Below are positions 12,001 through 24,111 of a DNA stretch of 64,000 nucleotides, one piece after another. Made by a program: the position numbers and the translations under genes. Positions within the stretch are counted from its first letter, which is position 1. Each line of letters begins with the position of its first letter. This stretch comes from Squalus acanthias (lineage: Eukaryota). The notes under the pieces were generated by a model. It was not told where the DNA came from. It saw nothing but the letters and a program-made list of their open reading frames with translations, and ran no database searches. The stretch spans positions 29,266,001 to 29,330,000 of the forward strand of contig CM059433.1 in assembly GCA_030390025.1 (NCBI GenBank), written 5' to 3'.

Positions 12001-15000
12001 GAGGGTCAGTATTGGAGGGGGAGGTGAGTAAAGAGTGTCACTATTGGAGGGTGAGGGTAAAGAATGTTAATATTGGAGGGTGAGGAGGGTGAAGAGTGTC
12101 AGTATTGGAGAGTGAGGGTAAAGAATGTTAGTATTGGAGGGTGAGGGTAAAGAGTGTCAGTATTGGAGGGTGAGGGAAAAAAATGTCAGTATTGGAGGGT
12201 GAGGAGGGTGAAGAGTGTCCGTATTGGAGAGTGAGGGTAAAGAATATTAGTATTGGAGGGTGAGGGTAAAGTGTGTCAGTATTGGAGGGTGAGGAGGGTG
12301 AAGAGTGTCAGTATTGGAGAGTGAGGGTAAAGAATGTTAGTATTGGAGGGTGAGGGTAAAGAGTGTCAGTATTGGAGGGTGAGGGTAAAGAGTGTATGTA
12401 TTGGCGGGTGAGGGTAAAGAGTATCAGTATTGGACGGTGAGGGTAAGGAGTGTCAGTATTGGAGGGTGAGGAGGAGAATGTGTATCAGTATTGGGGTGAG
12501 GAGGGTAAAGAGTTTCTGTATTTGGTGGTGAGTGTAAAGCGTGTCAGTATTGGGGGTGAGGAGTGTAAAGAGTGTCAGTTTTGGAGGGTGAGGAGGGTAA
12601 AGATCGTCAGTATTGGTGCGTGAGGGTAAAGTGTGTCAGTATTGTGGGGTGAGCAGGGTAAAGAGTGTCAGTATTGGAGGGAGAGAGTAAAGAGTGTTAG
12701 TATTGGGGGATGAGGAGGGTAAAGAGTGTCAGTATTGGAGGGTGAGGGTAAAGAGTGTGTCAGTATTGGAGGGTGAGGAGGGTAAAGAGTGTCAGTATTG
12801 GAGGGTGAGGGTAAAGATTGTCAGAATTGTGGGGTGAGCAGGGTAAACAGTGTCAGTATTGGAGGGTGAGGGTAAAGAGTGTCAGTATTGGAGGGTGAGG
12901 GTAAAGAGTGTCAGTATTGAAGGGTGAGTGTAAAGCGTGTCAGTATAGGAGTGTGAGGAGGGTAAAGAGTGTCAGTATTGGGGAATGAGGAGTGTAAAAA
13001 AGTCAGTATTGGAGGGTGAGGAGTGTAAAGAGTGTCAGTATTGTAGGGCGAGGGTAAAGAGTGTCAGTATTGGAGGGTGAGGGTAAAGAGTGCCAGTATT
13101 GGAGGGTGAGGTTAAAGAGTGTGAGTAGTGGAGGGTGAGGAGGGTAAAGAGTGTCAGTATTGGAGGGTGAGTGTAAAGTGTGTCAGTATTGGAGGGTGAG
13201 GGTAAAGAGTGTCAGTATTGGATGGTGATGTTAAAGAGAGTCAGTATTGGAGGGTGAGGGTAAAGAGTGTCAGTATTGGAGGGCGAGGGTAAAGAGTGTC
13301 AGTATTGGAGTGTGAGGAGGTTAAAGAGTGTCAGTATTGGAGGGTGAGGAGGGTAAAGTGTGTCAGTATTGGAGGGTGAGGGTAAAGAGTGTCACTATTG
13401 GAGGGCGAGGGTAAAGAGTGTCAGTATTGGAGGGTGAGGGTAAATAATGTCAGTATTGGAGGGTGAACGTAAAGAGTGTCAGTATTGGAGGGTGACGGTA
13501 AAGAGTGTCAGTATTGGAGAGTGAGGGTAAAGAGTGTCAGTATTGGAGCGTGAGGGTAAAGAGTGTCAGTATTGGAGGGTGAGGAGGATAAAGAGTGTCA
13601 GTATTGGAGGGTGAGTGTACAGAGTGTCAGTATTGGAGGGTGAGGAGGGTAAAGAGTGTCAGCATTGGAGGGTGAGGGTAAAGAGTGTCAGTATTGGAGG
13701 GGGAGGTAAAGAGTGTCAGTATTGGAGGGTGAGGAGAGTAAAGAGTGTCAGTATTGGAGGGTGAGGGTAAAGAGTGTCAGTATTGGAGGGTGAGGAGGGT
13801 AAAGAGTGTCAGTATTGGAGGGTGAGGGTAAAGAGTGTCAGTATTAGAGGGTGAGGTAAAGAGTGTCAGTATTGGAGGGTGAGGGTGAAGAGTGTCAGTA
13901 TTGGAGGGTGAGGGTAAAGAGTGTCAGTATTGGAGGGTGAGGTAAAGAGTGTCAGTATTGGAGGGTGAGGAGGGTAAAGAGTGTCAGTATTGGAGGGTCA
14001 GGAGGGTAAAGAGTGTCAGTATTGGAGGGTGAGTGTAAAGAGTGTCAGTATTGGAGGGTGAGTGTAAAGAGTGTCAGTATTGGAGGGTGATGGTAAAGAG
14101 TGTCAGTATTGGAGTGAGAGGAGGTTAAAGAGTGTAAGTATTGGAGGGTGAGGAGGGTAAAGTGCGTCAGTATTGGAGGGTGAGGGTAAAGAGTGTCACT
14201 ATTGGAGGGCGAGTGTAAAGAGTGTCAGTATTGGAGGGTGAGGGTAAATAATGTCAGTATTGGAGGGTGAACGTAAAGAGTGTCAGTATTGGAGGGTGAG
14301 GGTAAAGAGTGGCAGTATTGGAGGGTGAGGGTAAAGAGTGTCAGTATTGGAGCGTGAGGGTAAAGAGTGTCAGTATTGGAGGTTGAGGAGGATAAAGAGT
14401 GTCAGTATTGGAGGGTGAGCGTAAAGAGTGTCAATATTGGAGAGTGAGGAGGGTATAGAGTGTCAGCATTGGAGGGTGAGGGTAAAGAGTTTCAGTATTG
14501 AAGGGTGAAGGTAAAGAGAGTCAGTATTGGAGGGTGAGGAGAGTAAAGAGTGTCAGTATGGGAGGGTGAGGGTAAAGAGTTTCAGTATTGCAGTGTGAGG
14601 AGGGTAAAGAGTGTCAGTATTAGAGGGTGAGGGTAAAGAGTGTCAGTATTAGAGGGTGAAGGTAAAGCGTGTTACTATTGGAGGGTGAGGGTGAAGAGTG
14701 TCAGTATTGGAGGGTGAGGGTAAAGAGAGTCAGTATTGCAGGACGAGTGTAAAGAGTGTCAGTATTGGAGGGGGAGGGTAAAAAGTGTCAGTATTGGAGG
14801 GTGAGGGTAAAGAGTGTCAATATTGGAGGGTGTAGGTAGAGATTGTCAGTATTGGAGTGTATGGGTAAAGAGTGTCAGTATTGGACGGTGAGGGTAAAGA
14901 GTGTCAGTATTGGAGGGTGAGGGTAAAGAGTGTCAGTATTGGAGGGTGAGGGTAAAGAGTGTCAGTATTGGAGGGTGAGGGTAAAGAGTGTCATTATCGG

Positions 15001-18000
15001 GGGTGAGGGTATAGAGTGTCAGTATGGGAGGGTGAGGGTAAAGAGTGTCAGTATGGGAGGGTGAGGGTAAAGAGTGTCAGTATTGGAGGGTGAGGGTAAA
15101 GAGTGTCAGTATGGGAGGGTGAGGGTAAAGAGTGTCAGTAATAGAGGGTGAGGAGGGTAAAGAGTGTCAGTATTGGAGGGTGAGGGTAAAGAGTGTCAGT
15201 ATTGGAGGGTGAGGGTAAAGCGTGTCAGTATTGGGGGTGAGGAGGATAAAGAGTGTCAGTATTGGAGGGTGAGGAGGATAAAGAGTGTCAGTATTGGAGG
15301 GTGAGGGTAAAGAGTGTCAGTATTGGAGGGTGAGGGTAAAGAGTGTCAGTATTGGAGGGTGAGCAGGATAAAGAGTGTCAGTATTGGAGGGTGAGGGTAA
15401 AGAGTGTCAGTATTGGAGGATGAGGATACAGAGTGTCAGTGTTGGAGGGTGAGGGTAAAGAGTGTCATTATCGGGTGTGAGGGTATAGAGTGTCAGTATG
15501 GGAGGGTGAGGGTAAAGAGTGTCAGTATGGGAGGGTGAGGGTAAAGAGTGTCAGTATTGGAGGGTGAGGGTAAAGAGTGTCAGTATGGGAGGGTGAGGGA
15601 AAAGAGTGTCAGTAATAGAGGGTGAGGAGGGTAAAGCGTGTCAGTATTGGAGGGTGAGGGTAAAGCGTGTCAGTATTGGGGGTGAGGAGGATAAAGAGTG
15701 TCAGTATTGGAGGGTGAGGAGGATAAAGAGTGTCAGTATTGGAGGGTGAGGGTAAAAAGTGTCAGTATTGGAGGGTGAGGGTAAAGAGTGTCAGTGTTGG
15801 AGGGTGAGCAGGATAAAGAGTGTCAGTATTGGAGGGTGAGGGTAAAGAGTGTCAGTATTGGAAGATGAGGATACAGAGTGTCAGTGTTGGAGGGTGAGGG
15901 TAAAGGGTGTCAGTATTAGGGGTGAGGGTAAAGAGTGTCAGTATTAGGGGGTGATGGTAAAGAGTGTTAGTATTGGAGGTTGAGGGTAAATGGTCTCAGT
16001 ATTGGAGGTTGAGGGTAAAGAGTGTCTCTATTGGGGGTGAGGTTAAAGAGTGTCAGTATTGGAGGGTGAGCGCAAAGGGTGTCAGTATTGGAGGGCGAGG
16101 AGGGTAAAGAGTGTCAGTTTTGGAGCGTGAGGGTAAAGAGTGTCAGTACTGGAGGGTGAGGGCAAAGAGTGTCAGTATTGGAGGGTGAGTGTAAAGATTG
16201 TCAGTATTGGAGGGTGAGGAGGATAAAGAGTGTCAGTATTGCTGGGTGAGGATAAAGAGTGTCAGTATTGGAGGGTGAGGGTAAAGATTGTCAGTATTGG
16301 AGCGTGAGGGTAAAGAGTGTCAGTATTGGAGGTTGAGGAGGATAAAGAGTCTTAGTATTGGAGGATGAGCGTAAAGAGTGTCAGGATTGGAGGGTGAGGG
16401 TAAAGAGTGTCAATATTGGAGAGTGAGGAGGGTATAGTGTGTCAGCATTGGAGGGTGAGGGTAAAGAGTGTCAGTATTGGAGGGTGAGGGTAAAGAGTGT
16501 CAGTATTGGAGGGTGAGGGTAAGGTGTGTCATTATCGGAGGTGAGGGTATAGAGTGTCAGTATGGGAGGGTGAGGGTAAAGAGTGTCAGTATGGGAGGGT
16601 GAGCGTAAAGAGAGTCAGTATTGCAGGGGGAGTGTAAAGAGTGTCAGTATTGCTGGGTGAGGGTAAAGAGTGTCAGTATTGGAGGGGGAGGGTAAAGAGT
16701 GTCAGTATTGGAGGGTGAGGGTAAAGAGTGTCAGTATTGGAGTGTGAGGAGGGTAAAGAGTGTCAGTATTGGAGGGGGAGGGTAAAGAGTGTCAGTATTG
16801 GGGGGTGAGGGTAAAGAGTGTCAGAATTGGAGGGGGAGGGTAAAGAGCGTCAGTATTGGAGTGTGAGGAGGGTAAAGAGTGTCAGTATTGGAGGGTGAGG
16901 GTAAAGAGTGTCAGTATTGGAGGGTGAGGAGGGTAAGGAGTGTCAGTATTGAAGGGTGAGGGTAAAGTGTGTCAGTATTTGAGGGTGAGGGTGAAGAGTG
17001 TCAGTATTGGAGGGTGAGGGTAAAGTCTGTCATATTGGAGGGTGAGGGTAAAGAGTGTCAGTATTGGGGGTGAGGAGGCAAAAGAGTGTCAGTATTGGAG
17101 GGTGAGGAGGGTAAAGAGAGTCAGTATTGGAGGGTGAGGGTAAAGAGTGTCAGTATTGGAGGGTGATGGTAAAGAGTGTCAGTATTGGAGGGTGAGGAGG
17201 GTACAGTGTGTCAGTATTGGAGGGTGAGGGTAAAGAGTGTCAGTATTGGAGGGTGAGTGTAAAGAGTGTCAGTATTGGAGGGTGAGGAGGATAAAGAGTG
17301 TCAGTATTGGAGGGTGAGGAGGGTAAAGAGTGTCAGTATTGGAGGGTGAGGGTAAAGAGTGTCAGTATTGGAGGGTGAGTGTAAAGAGTGTCAGTATTGG
17401 AGGGTGAGGAGTGTAAAGAGTGTCAGTATTGTAGTGTGAGGAGGGTAAAGAGTGTCAGTATTGGAGGGTGAGGAGGGTAAAGAGTGTCAGTATTGGAGGG
17501 TGAGGAGGGTAAAGAGTGTCAGTATTGGAGGGTGAGGGTAAAGACTGTCAGTATTGGAGGGTGAGGGTAAAGAGTGTCAGTATTGGGAGTGAGGGCAAAG
17601 AGTGTCGGTATTGGAGGGTGAGGAGGGTAATGAGTGTCAGTTATGGAGGGTGAGGGTAAAGAGTGTCAGTATTGGAGAGTGAGGGTAAAGAGTGTCAGTA
17701 TTGGGGGTGAGGAGGCTAAAGAGTGTCAGTATTGGAGGGTGAGGATGAAGAGTGTCAGTATTGGAGGGTGAGGAGGGGAAAATGTTTCAGTGTTGGAGGG
17801 TGAGGAGGGTAAATAGTATCAGTATTGTGTGGTGAAGGTAAAGAGTGTCAGTATTGGGGGTGAGGAGGGTAAGGAGTGTCAGTATTGGAGGGTGAGGAGG
17901 GTAAAGAGTGTCAGTATTGGTGGGTGAGAGTAAAGGGTGTCAGCATTACAGGGTGAGTGTAAAGAGTGTCAGTATTGGAGGGTGAGGGTAACGAGTGTCA

Positions 18001-19400
18001 GTATTGGTGGGTGAGAGTAAAGAGTGTCAGTATTGGAGGGTGAGGGTAAAGAGTGTCAGTATTGGAGGGTGAGGGTAAAGAGTGTCAGTATTGGCGGGTG
18101 AGGGTAAAGATAGTCAGTATTGGAGGGAGAGGGTAAAGAGTGTCAGTATTGGAGGGTGAGGGTATAGAGTGTCAGTATTGGAGGGTGAGGGTAAAGAGTG
18201 TCAGTATTGGAGGGTGAGGATAAAGAGTGTCAGTATTGGCGGGTGAGGGTAAAGAGTGTCAGTATTGGAGGGAGAGGGTAAAGAGTGTCAGTATTGGAGG
18301 GTGAGGGAAATGAGTGTCACTATTGGAGGGTGAGGTGGGTAAAGAGTGTCAGTATTGGAGTTTGAGGATGGTAAAGAGTGTCAGTATTGGAGGGTGAGTT
18401 GTGTAAAGAGTGTCTGTATTGGGTGGTGAGGGTAAAGGGTGTCAGTATTGGGGTGAGGAGGGTAAAGAGTGTCTGTATTTGGTGGTGAGGGTAAAGCGTT
18501 TCAGTATTGGGTGTGCGGAGGGCAAAGAGTATCAGTATTGGGGTGAGGAGGGTAAAGAGTTTCAGTATTGGAGCGTGAGGAGGGTAAGGAGTGTCAGTAT
18601 TGAGTGGTGAGGGTAAAGAGTGTCAGTATTGGAGGGTGAGGGTAAAGAGTGTCAGTCTTGGAGGGTGAGGGTAAAGAGTGTCAGTCTTGGAGGGTGAGGG
18701 TAAAGTTTGTCAGTATTGGAGTGTGAGGGTAAAGTGTGTCAGTATTGGAGGGTGAGGGTAAAGAGTGTCAGTATTGGAGTGTGCGGGTAAAGAGTGTCAG
18801 TATTGGAGGGTGAGGGTAAAGAGTGTCAGTATTGGAGTGTGCGGGTAAAGAGTGTCAGTATTGGAGGGTGAGGGTAAAGAGTGTCAGTATTGGAGGATGA
18901 GGGTAAAGACTGTCAGTATTGGAGTGTGCGGTTAAAGAGTGTCAGTATTGGAGGGTGAGGGTAAAGAGTGTCAGTATTGGAGGTTTAGGGTAAAGAGTGT
19001 CAGTCTTGGAGGGTGAGGGTAAAGTCTGTCAGTATTGGAGGGTGAGGGTAAAGAGTGTCAGTATTGGAGGGTGAGGGTAAAGAGTGTCAGTCTTGGAGGG
19101 TGAGGGTAAAGTCTGTCAGTATTGGAGGGTGAGGGTAAAGAGTGTCAGTCTTGGAGGGTGAGGGTAAAGTCTGTCAGTATTGGAGGGTGAGGGTAAAGAG
19201 TGTAAGTATTGGAGGGTGAGGGTAAAGAGTGTCAGTCTTAAACGGTGAGGATGAAGTCTGTCAGTATTGGAGTGTGACGGTAAAGAGTGTCAGTATTGGA
19301 GGGTGAGGGTTAGAGTGTTTCTGTATTGGAGAGTGAGTGTAAAGAGTATCTATGATTTGGAGTGTTATGGGTAAAGCGTGTCAGTATGAATTGGAGTGTG
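1..19400 (+). repeat. G-rich 29-bp tandem satellite (GGTAAAGAGTGTCAGTATTGGAGGGTGAG)n with 31/32-bp variants
   Basis: Hundreds of head-to-tail monomers read directly. Variants carry an extra GA/GAG. The array begins before the window and decays at ~19300-19400. Confidence 0.98.
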
Positions 19401-19716
19401 AGGAGGTGATTCTTGGCTGTACTGTTGCTCCGGGTGCGGGCGTTGAGAGTGGGGGGTGGCGGTGCTTGTCTGCTCCGGTTAGGGCGGGGGGTGGCGGATG
19501 TTGATGTAAAATGGTTACTGTTTTCCTCAGATACCTGCCTAAATGGAGAGGGAATGCCTGCCACTGGGGCAGTGTAAGTAGAAAGCTATTTTGGCAAGCA
19601 ATCTATTCCACTTTCCCGATTTAAGATAGAAAGAGCTTTCAGCACGTGTTGGTCCTAATGCTGTCTGACAATGCCATTGCCTCAATAGAATAGGTCGTGT
19701 ATGTCTTCATACTGGT

Positions 19717-20165
19717 TGTGTGAGCTGTGGTTCAGTGGTAGCACTCTTGCCTCTGTGTCCAAAGTTTATGGGTTCATGTCCTATTCAAGAGACTTCAGCA
19801 CATAATCCAGGCTGACACTCCAGTGCAGTACTGAGGGAATGCTGCACTGTTGGAGATGTCGTCTTTCGAATGAGTTGTTAAATTGATGCCCTGGCTGCCC
19901 TCTTACGTGGACGTAAAAGATCGTATATTTGAAGATGAGCAGGAGAGTTCTCCCCAGTCTCTAGGCCAATATTCATCCCTCAACCAACATTACCAAAATC
20001 ACATTTTCTGGTCATTGCTGTTTGTGGGAGATTGCTGTGCATGAATTGACAGCTGCGTGTCCTATATTACCACAGTGACTGCACTTCAAAAAGTACTACC
20101 TTGGCTGTAAAGCGCATTGGGACATCCTGAGGGCGTGAAAGGCCCTGTAAAAATACAAGTCTTTC
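19717..20165 (+). mobile_element. tRNA-derived Deu-domain SINE (SacSINE1-like) with L2-type tail
   Basis: tRNA-like head (tggttcagtggtagc...gggttcatgtcc), conserved body (gctgacactccagtgcagtactgaggg; ccctcaaccaac; tttgtgggagattgctgtgc) and a tail resembling the L2 3' ends in this window. Confidence 0.8.
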
Positions 20166-20439
20166 TCTTTATTAATGGGAGTGTATTCATCATGACGCCG
20201 TCACTTCTAACAGCAAATCCTGGATGTGCCGGTGATTGGTGGGGTGCCAGCAGAATGGCTCCCCATCGCATGTCCTGCTCCAGCAGCACCTGAAATTGGA
20301 TGGTACGTCTCATAGGCCTCCATTCAGCGCTGTCTTTGAGCTGTCTGCTTTTTCAAAGCTGTTGATCGGCTTTTACTGGTTCTCTTGGTTGGCATCTACG
20401 TGAGGTTAGAGACTTGAAGAAAGGGAGACACACTCAGAA

Positions 20440-21072
20440 GAACAACAATAACTTGTATTTATATAGCGCCTTTAACATAGTAAAACGTCCCAAGGCGCTG
20501 CACAGGAGCGTTATAGAACAAAATTGGACACCGAGCCACATAGAGAGAGATATTAGAACAGGTGACCAAAAGCATGGTCAAAGAGATAGGTTTTAAGGAG
20601 CGTCCTAAAGGAGGAGAGAGAGGTGGAAAGGTGGAGAGATTTAGGGAGGGAGTTGCAGAGTTGAAGGCACGGCCGCCAATGGTGGAGTGATTAAAATCGG
20701 GGATGCTCAAGAGGCCAGAATTAGAGGAGTGCAGAGATCTTGGAGCGTTGTAGAGTTGGAGGAGGTTACAGAGTTAGGGAGGGGCGAGGCCATGGAGGAA
20801 TTTGAACACAAGGGTGAGAATTTTTAAATCGAGACATTGCCGGAACGGGAGCCAATGTAGGTCAGCAAGCACACGGGGCATGGTGCAAGTTAGGATATGG
20901 GCAGCGGAGTTTTGGATGAGCTCAAGTTTACGGAGGGTGAAAGGTGGGAGGCCGACCAGGAGGGCATTGGAATAGTCAAATCTGGAGATAACAAAGGCAT
21001 GGATGAGGGTTTCAGCAGCAGATGAGCTGAGACAGGGTCGGAGACGGCCGATGTTACAGAGGTGGAACTAGG
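20440..21072 (-). mobile_element. L2 LINE 3' fragment
   Basis: Minus-strand ORF with STIGGRAF; reverse complement of the L2 3' ends at 29100-29520 and 42600-42998. Confidence 0.88.
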
Positions 21073-21780
21073 CGCAGAACTGGTTAAGTACATCCGCACA
21101 GACAGAAAGCTCAGTACTTTACTCTCAATGTCAGATTATTTTTTAAAACACTTTTTCCACACGGGGTTTAATGGGGTAGAGCACTGGCCGAGCAGAAGGA
21201 CCCAGGGGAAAACATAATAGCGCACAGAGCATTGAGAACCTCGGACTGTACCAAATGAGCAAGGGTGGGGGCTGGGGGGAATAGAGTCTGTTCAACAATG
21301 TGGTTTATTGCGATAATCCTTTAACGTGAATGATTTTTCTTTGCAGATGTGAAACAAACAAATCAGAATTCAGTCTTGTTACTCACATAGTGCGAGAGAA
21401 ATGTTTTCAAGTAAATCCAAAGTGTGTGTTGAGTTACCCCCACCAGTACTGTGTCTTGTTACCAGCTGTTTGTCAAACATCTACTACTCATTGGCTTCCA
21501 GTATTACTGTTCCAAGGTTGAGAATCTCCATGGGAGTGTGAAAGTAAGAAATTCCTTTTGTTTTTAAGCTAGTTGTTAGATTATTGTGCATTACGGGGCT
21601 GAAATATGGTTCCGTGCATTATTATTCGTGGAATTTCAATGGTAAGGTCCTGGCACTGACATACTTTGTTTTTTGGCATGCTCTCCTTTTGTGTGGGTTC
21701 CCAAGGTAATTGCACTGTCTACACGTTTAAAGCTCTGTAATTTCACTCACTTTATCACGCCGACCCGCGGAAGCTAAAAG

Positions 21781-22330
21781 AAAGACTTGCATTTATATAG
21801 CGCCTTTCATGACCACCGGAAGTCCCAAAGTGCTTTACAGCCAACTAAGTACTTTTGAAGTGTCGTCACTGCAGTAATGTAGGGAAATGCAGCAGCCAAT
21901 TTGCGCACAGCAAGCTCCCACAAACAGCAATGTGACAATGACCAGATCATCTGTTTTTAGTGATGTTGGTTGAGGCATCAAAATTAGATAGGTCTCTGGG
22001 GAGAACTCTCCTGCTCTTCTTTGAATGTGATAATGTGATAACAGCAATGTGATAAGCACCAGATCTCTTTTAGTCATGTTGATTGAGGGATAAATATTGG
22101 CCAGGACAATGGGGAGAACTCCCTTGCTCTTCTTCGAAATAGTGCCATGGGATCTTTTATGTCCACCTGAGAGAGCAGACAGGGCCTTGGTTTAATATCT
22201 CATCCGAAAGACAGCACCTCCGACCTGATCGAATGTCAGTCTAGAGTTTTGTGCTCAAGCCTCTGGAGTGGGACTTTGAACCCATAGCATTTGGACTCAG
22301 AGATGAGGGTGCTACCAACAGAGCCACGGC
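21781..22330 (-). mobile_element. Deu-domain SINE with internal ~110-bp duplication
   Basis: Reverse complement of the SINE at 19717. The segment aacagcaatgtga...ggggagaactc.c.tgctcttctt occurs twice (~21923-22025 and ~22040-22140). Confidence 0.8.
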
Positions 22331-22369
22331 AGGCGGTACCACTGCGGCGCTTGGAAGGGTCCTGCAAAT

Positions 22370-22722
22370 GGGGCTGCCAACCCTCCAGATTGCCCTGGAG
22401 TCTCCAGGAATTAAAGATTAATCTCCAGGAGGCAACACCCAGGAGAAAATCCATAGGTGTTGTTTTTTCATTTTCTTTGAACACTTTTGGTTACTAATTA
22501 TAAAAATATTGGAGATGGGGAGAGGAGACACAAGGCAGTTTGACCAACAATCAAGCATCATCAAATCGGGTAATGAAGAGTCTGTTCCCTTTCCAATTGG
22601 CCTGGGAAGATGGGGGATCGCGAGAATGGACGTGTCAGGCAACTAATGGCGAGAGGGAGGGGGCGGGGCAGTTGGAGGCGGGACCTCATGAAATGATACC
22701 TCCAGGAATATGTCCAACCCTG
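22370..22722. mobile_element. Probable non-autonomous DNA transposon remnant
   Basis: Starts gggctgccaaccctccag, resembling GGGTTGCCAAC-type termini, with repeated ctccagga motifs. No matching second TIR or TSD found. Confidence 0.35.
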
Positions 22723-22784
22723 CCTGCGAACCCGACTTGGCACAGGCTGGTACAACTGCTATCTTTGACAAATTCCAAAAAAAA

Positions 22785-22982
22785 CCAAAATGCTAATGTT
22801 GGCACTTGGAGGACAGAAAAGGCTGGGAATACACAGCAGAACAATCAGCATTGGTGTAGTGAAAAAGGCAAGCTGACATTTCAAGAAGTTTTTTATAACA
22901 TATTCTGATGAAGGGCACTCGCCAGAATGTTAGCTAGTCTTTTCCCCCCTACGGATTCTAACTGACTTGCTATAACTTTCCT
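22785..22982. mobile_element. Penelope-like palindromic element relic with degenerate hammerhead core
   Basis: Imperfect inverted arms (gaaaaaggcaagctgacatt / aatgttagctagtcttttc) around ctgatgaagggcactcgccagaatgtt. Confidence 0.5.
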
Positions 22983-23003
22983 ATTGATATCTTAGGATAT
23001 ATT

Positions 23004-23682
23004 GGGCCGTATATTCCGATGCATGTGCTGAAAACTGGTATTTCCGATCTGTCAAGAATGCTCCTGATAGATCGGACACCTGCCCTAGAGAAGGGCCTCT
23101 GCGGGCGGATAGTTCCGCTTTCTGGAGAACCTCCGCCCGCAGAAAACCCTTAGAAATCTTACGCCTGGTAAAAGCAGACATAAGGCCTGCTTTTACCAGC
23201 ATAAGATTTGAAAAAAGTGAAAAAAATTTAATTTATAATTTAAAAATACTTTTAAAAAAAGGTAAGTTTTTTTTAGCCCCGTAAAAAACTTTAATTATTT
23301 TTTTCAAAAAATTCAATTTTTGTTTAAAATATTTAATTTATTGTAATTTCAACTCATTTTAAAAATGTGATGGTTTTTAAAAAATTTATTTAATGTTTTA
23401 CAGTGTTTTTGGGGTGATCTCCATTCATATATTTGACAGGTTTATCTGTCAAGTGTATGAAGGGAGATTCCCTTCTTTGATTGGCTCCCCATGGCCCACG
23501 TGATCCCAGGGACGTTTGCGAACTGCCTGCGCCTCTGGGATACGTGGGCCCTGCACATTTCCAGTTGGAGAGGCCCAGGAACGGAAGTGTCCGGACCTCG
23601 GGGGCCCTCAGGTAAGTCCGTAGAATTTTTCCAGATCGGAGGCCTCCGCACGCGGGAAGCCTCCGATCGGAAAATACGGCCC
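23004..23682. mobile_element. PIF/Harbinger-type (Tourist-like) MITE
   Basis: TIRs GGGCCGTATATTCCGAT / ATCGGAAAATACGGCCC; 3-bp TSD ATT (23001-23003, 23683-23685); AT-rich core; no ORF of note. Confidence 0.88.
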
Positions 23683-23750
23683 ATTGACTCTAAATTTCCC
23701 GGACGGGATGGGGGGTGGGGGGGGGGGGGGCGGTGGGTGACGGGGTAATT

Positions 23751-24111
23751 CATAGAATCTTTCAGCACAGAAGAATGCCATTCGGCCCATCGGGCCTGTG
23801 CCAGCACTTTGGTAGAGCTATTAGTCCCACTCCCCCCCACCAACCCCACTCGTTCCCATAGCCCAGCAAATGTCTCTTTTTCAATTATTTATCCAATTCC
23901 TTTTTGAAAGTTATTATTGAATCTGCTTCCACCACCCTTTCAGGCAGTGCACTCCAGATCACAACAAAGCTGTGGGAAAAAATTCTCCCTATCTCCCCTC
24001 TGGTTCTTTTGCCACTTATCTTAAATCTGTGTCCTCTGTTTACTGAACCTCCTACCAGTATAAATAGTTCTCCTTACTTACACTATCAAAACCCTTCATC
24101 ATTTTGAACAC
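23751..24111 (-). mobile_element. CR1 LINE 3' end, split by a solo LTR (resumes at 25760)
   Basis: Reverse complement of the CR1 3' UTR (catagaat...cagcacagaag...ttcggcccatc). attttgaacac|ctctatgaaatct rejoins across the LTR. Confidence 0.82.

Noticed and set aside
1..19400. CRISPR-like array or repetitive protein (ORFs 7513-7707, 18410-18610)
   Set aside because: Monomers are contiguous with no unique spacers, and no cas genes are present. The ORFs are chance read-throughs of the satellite.
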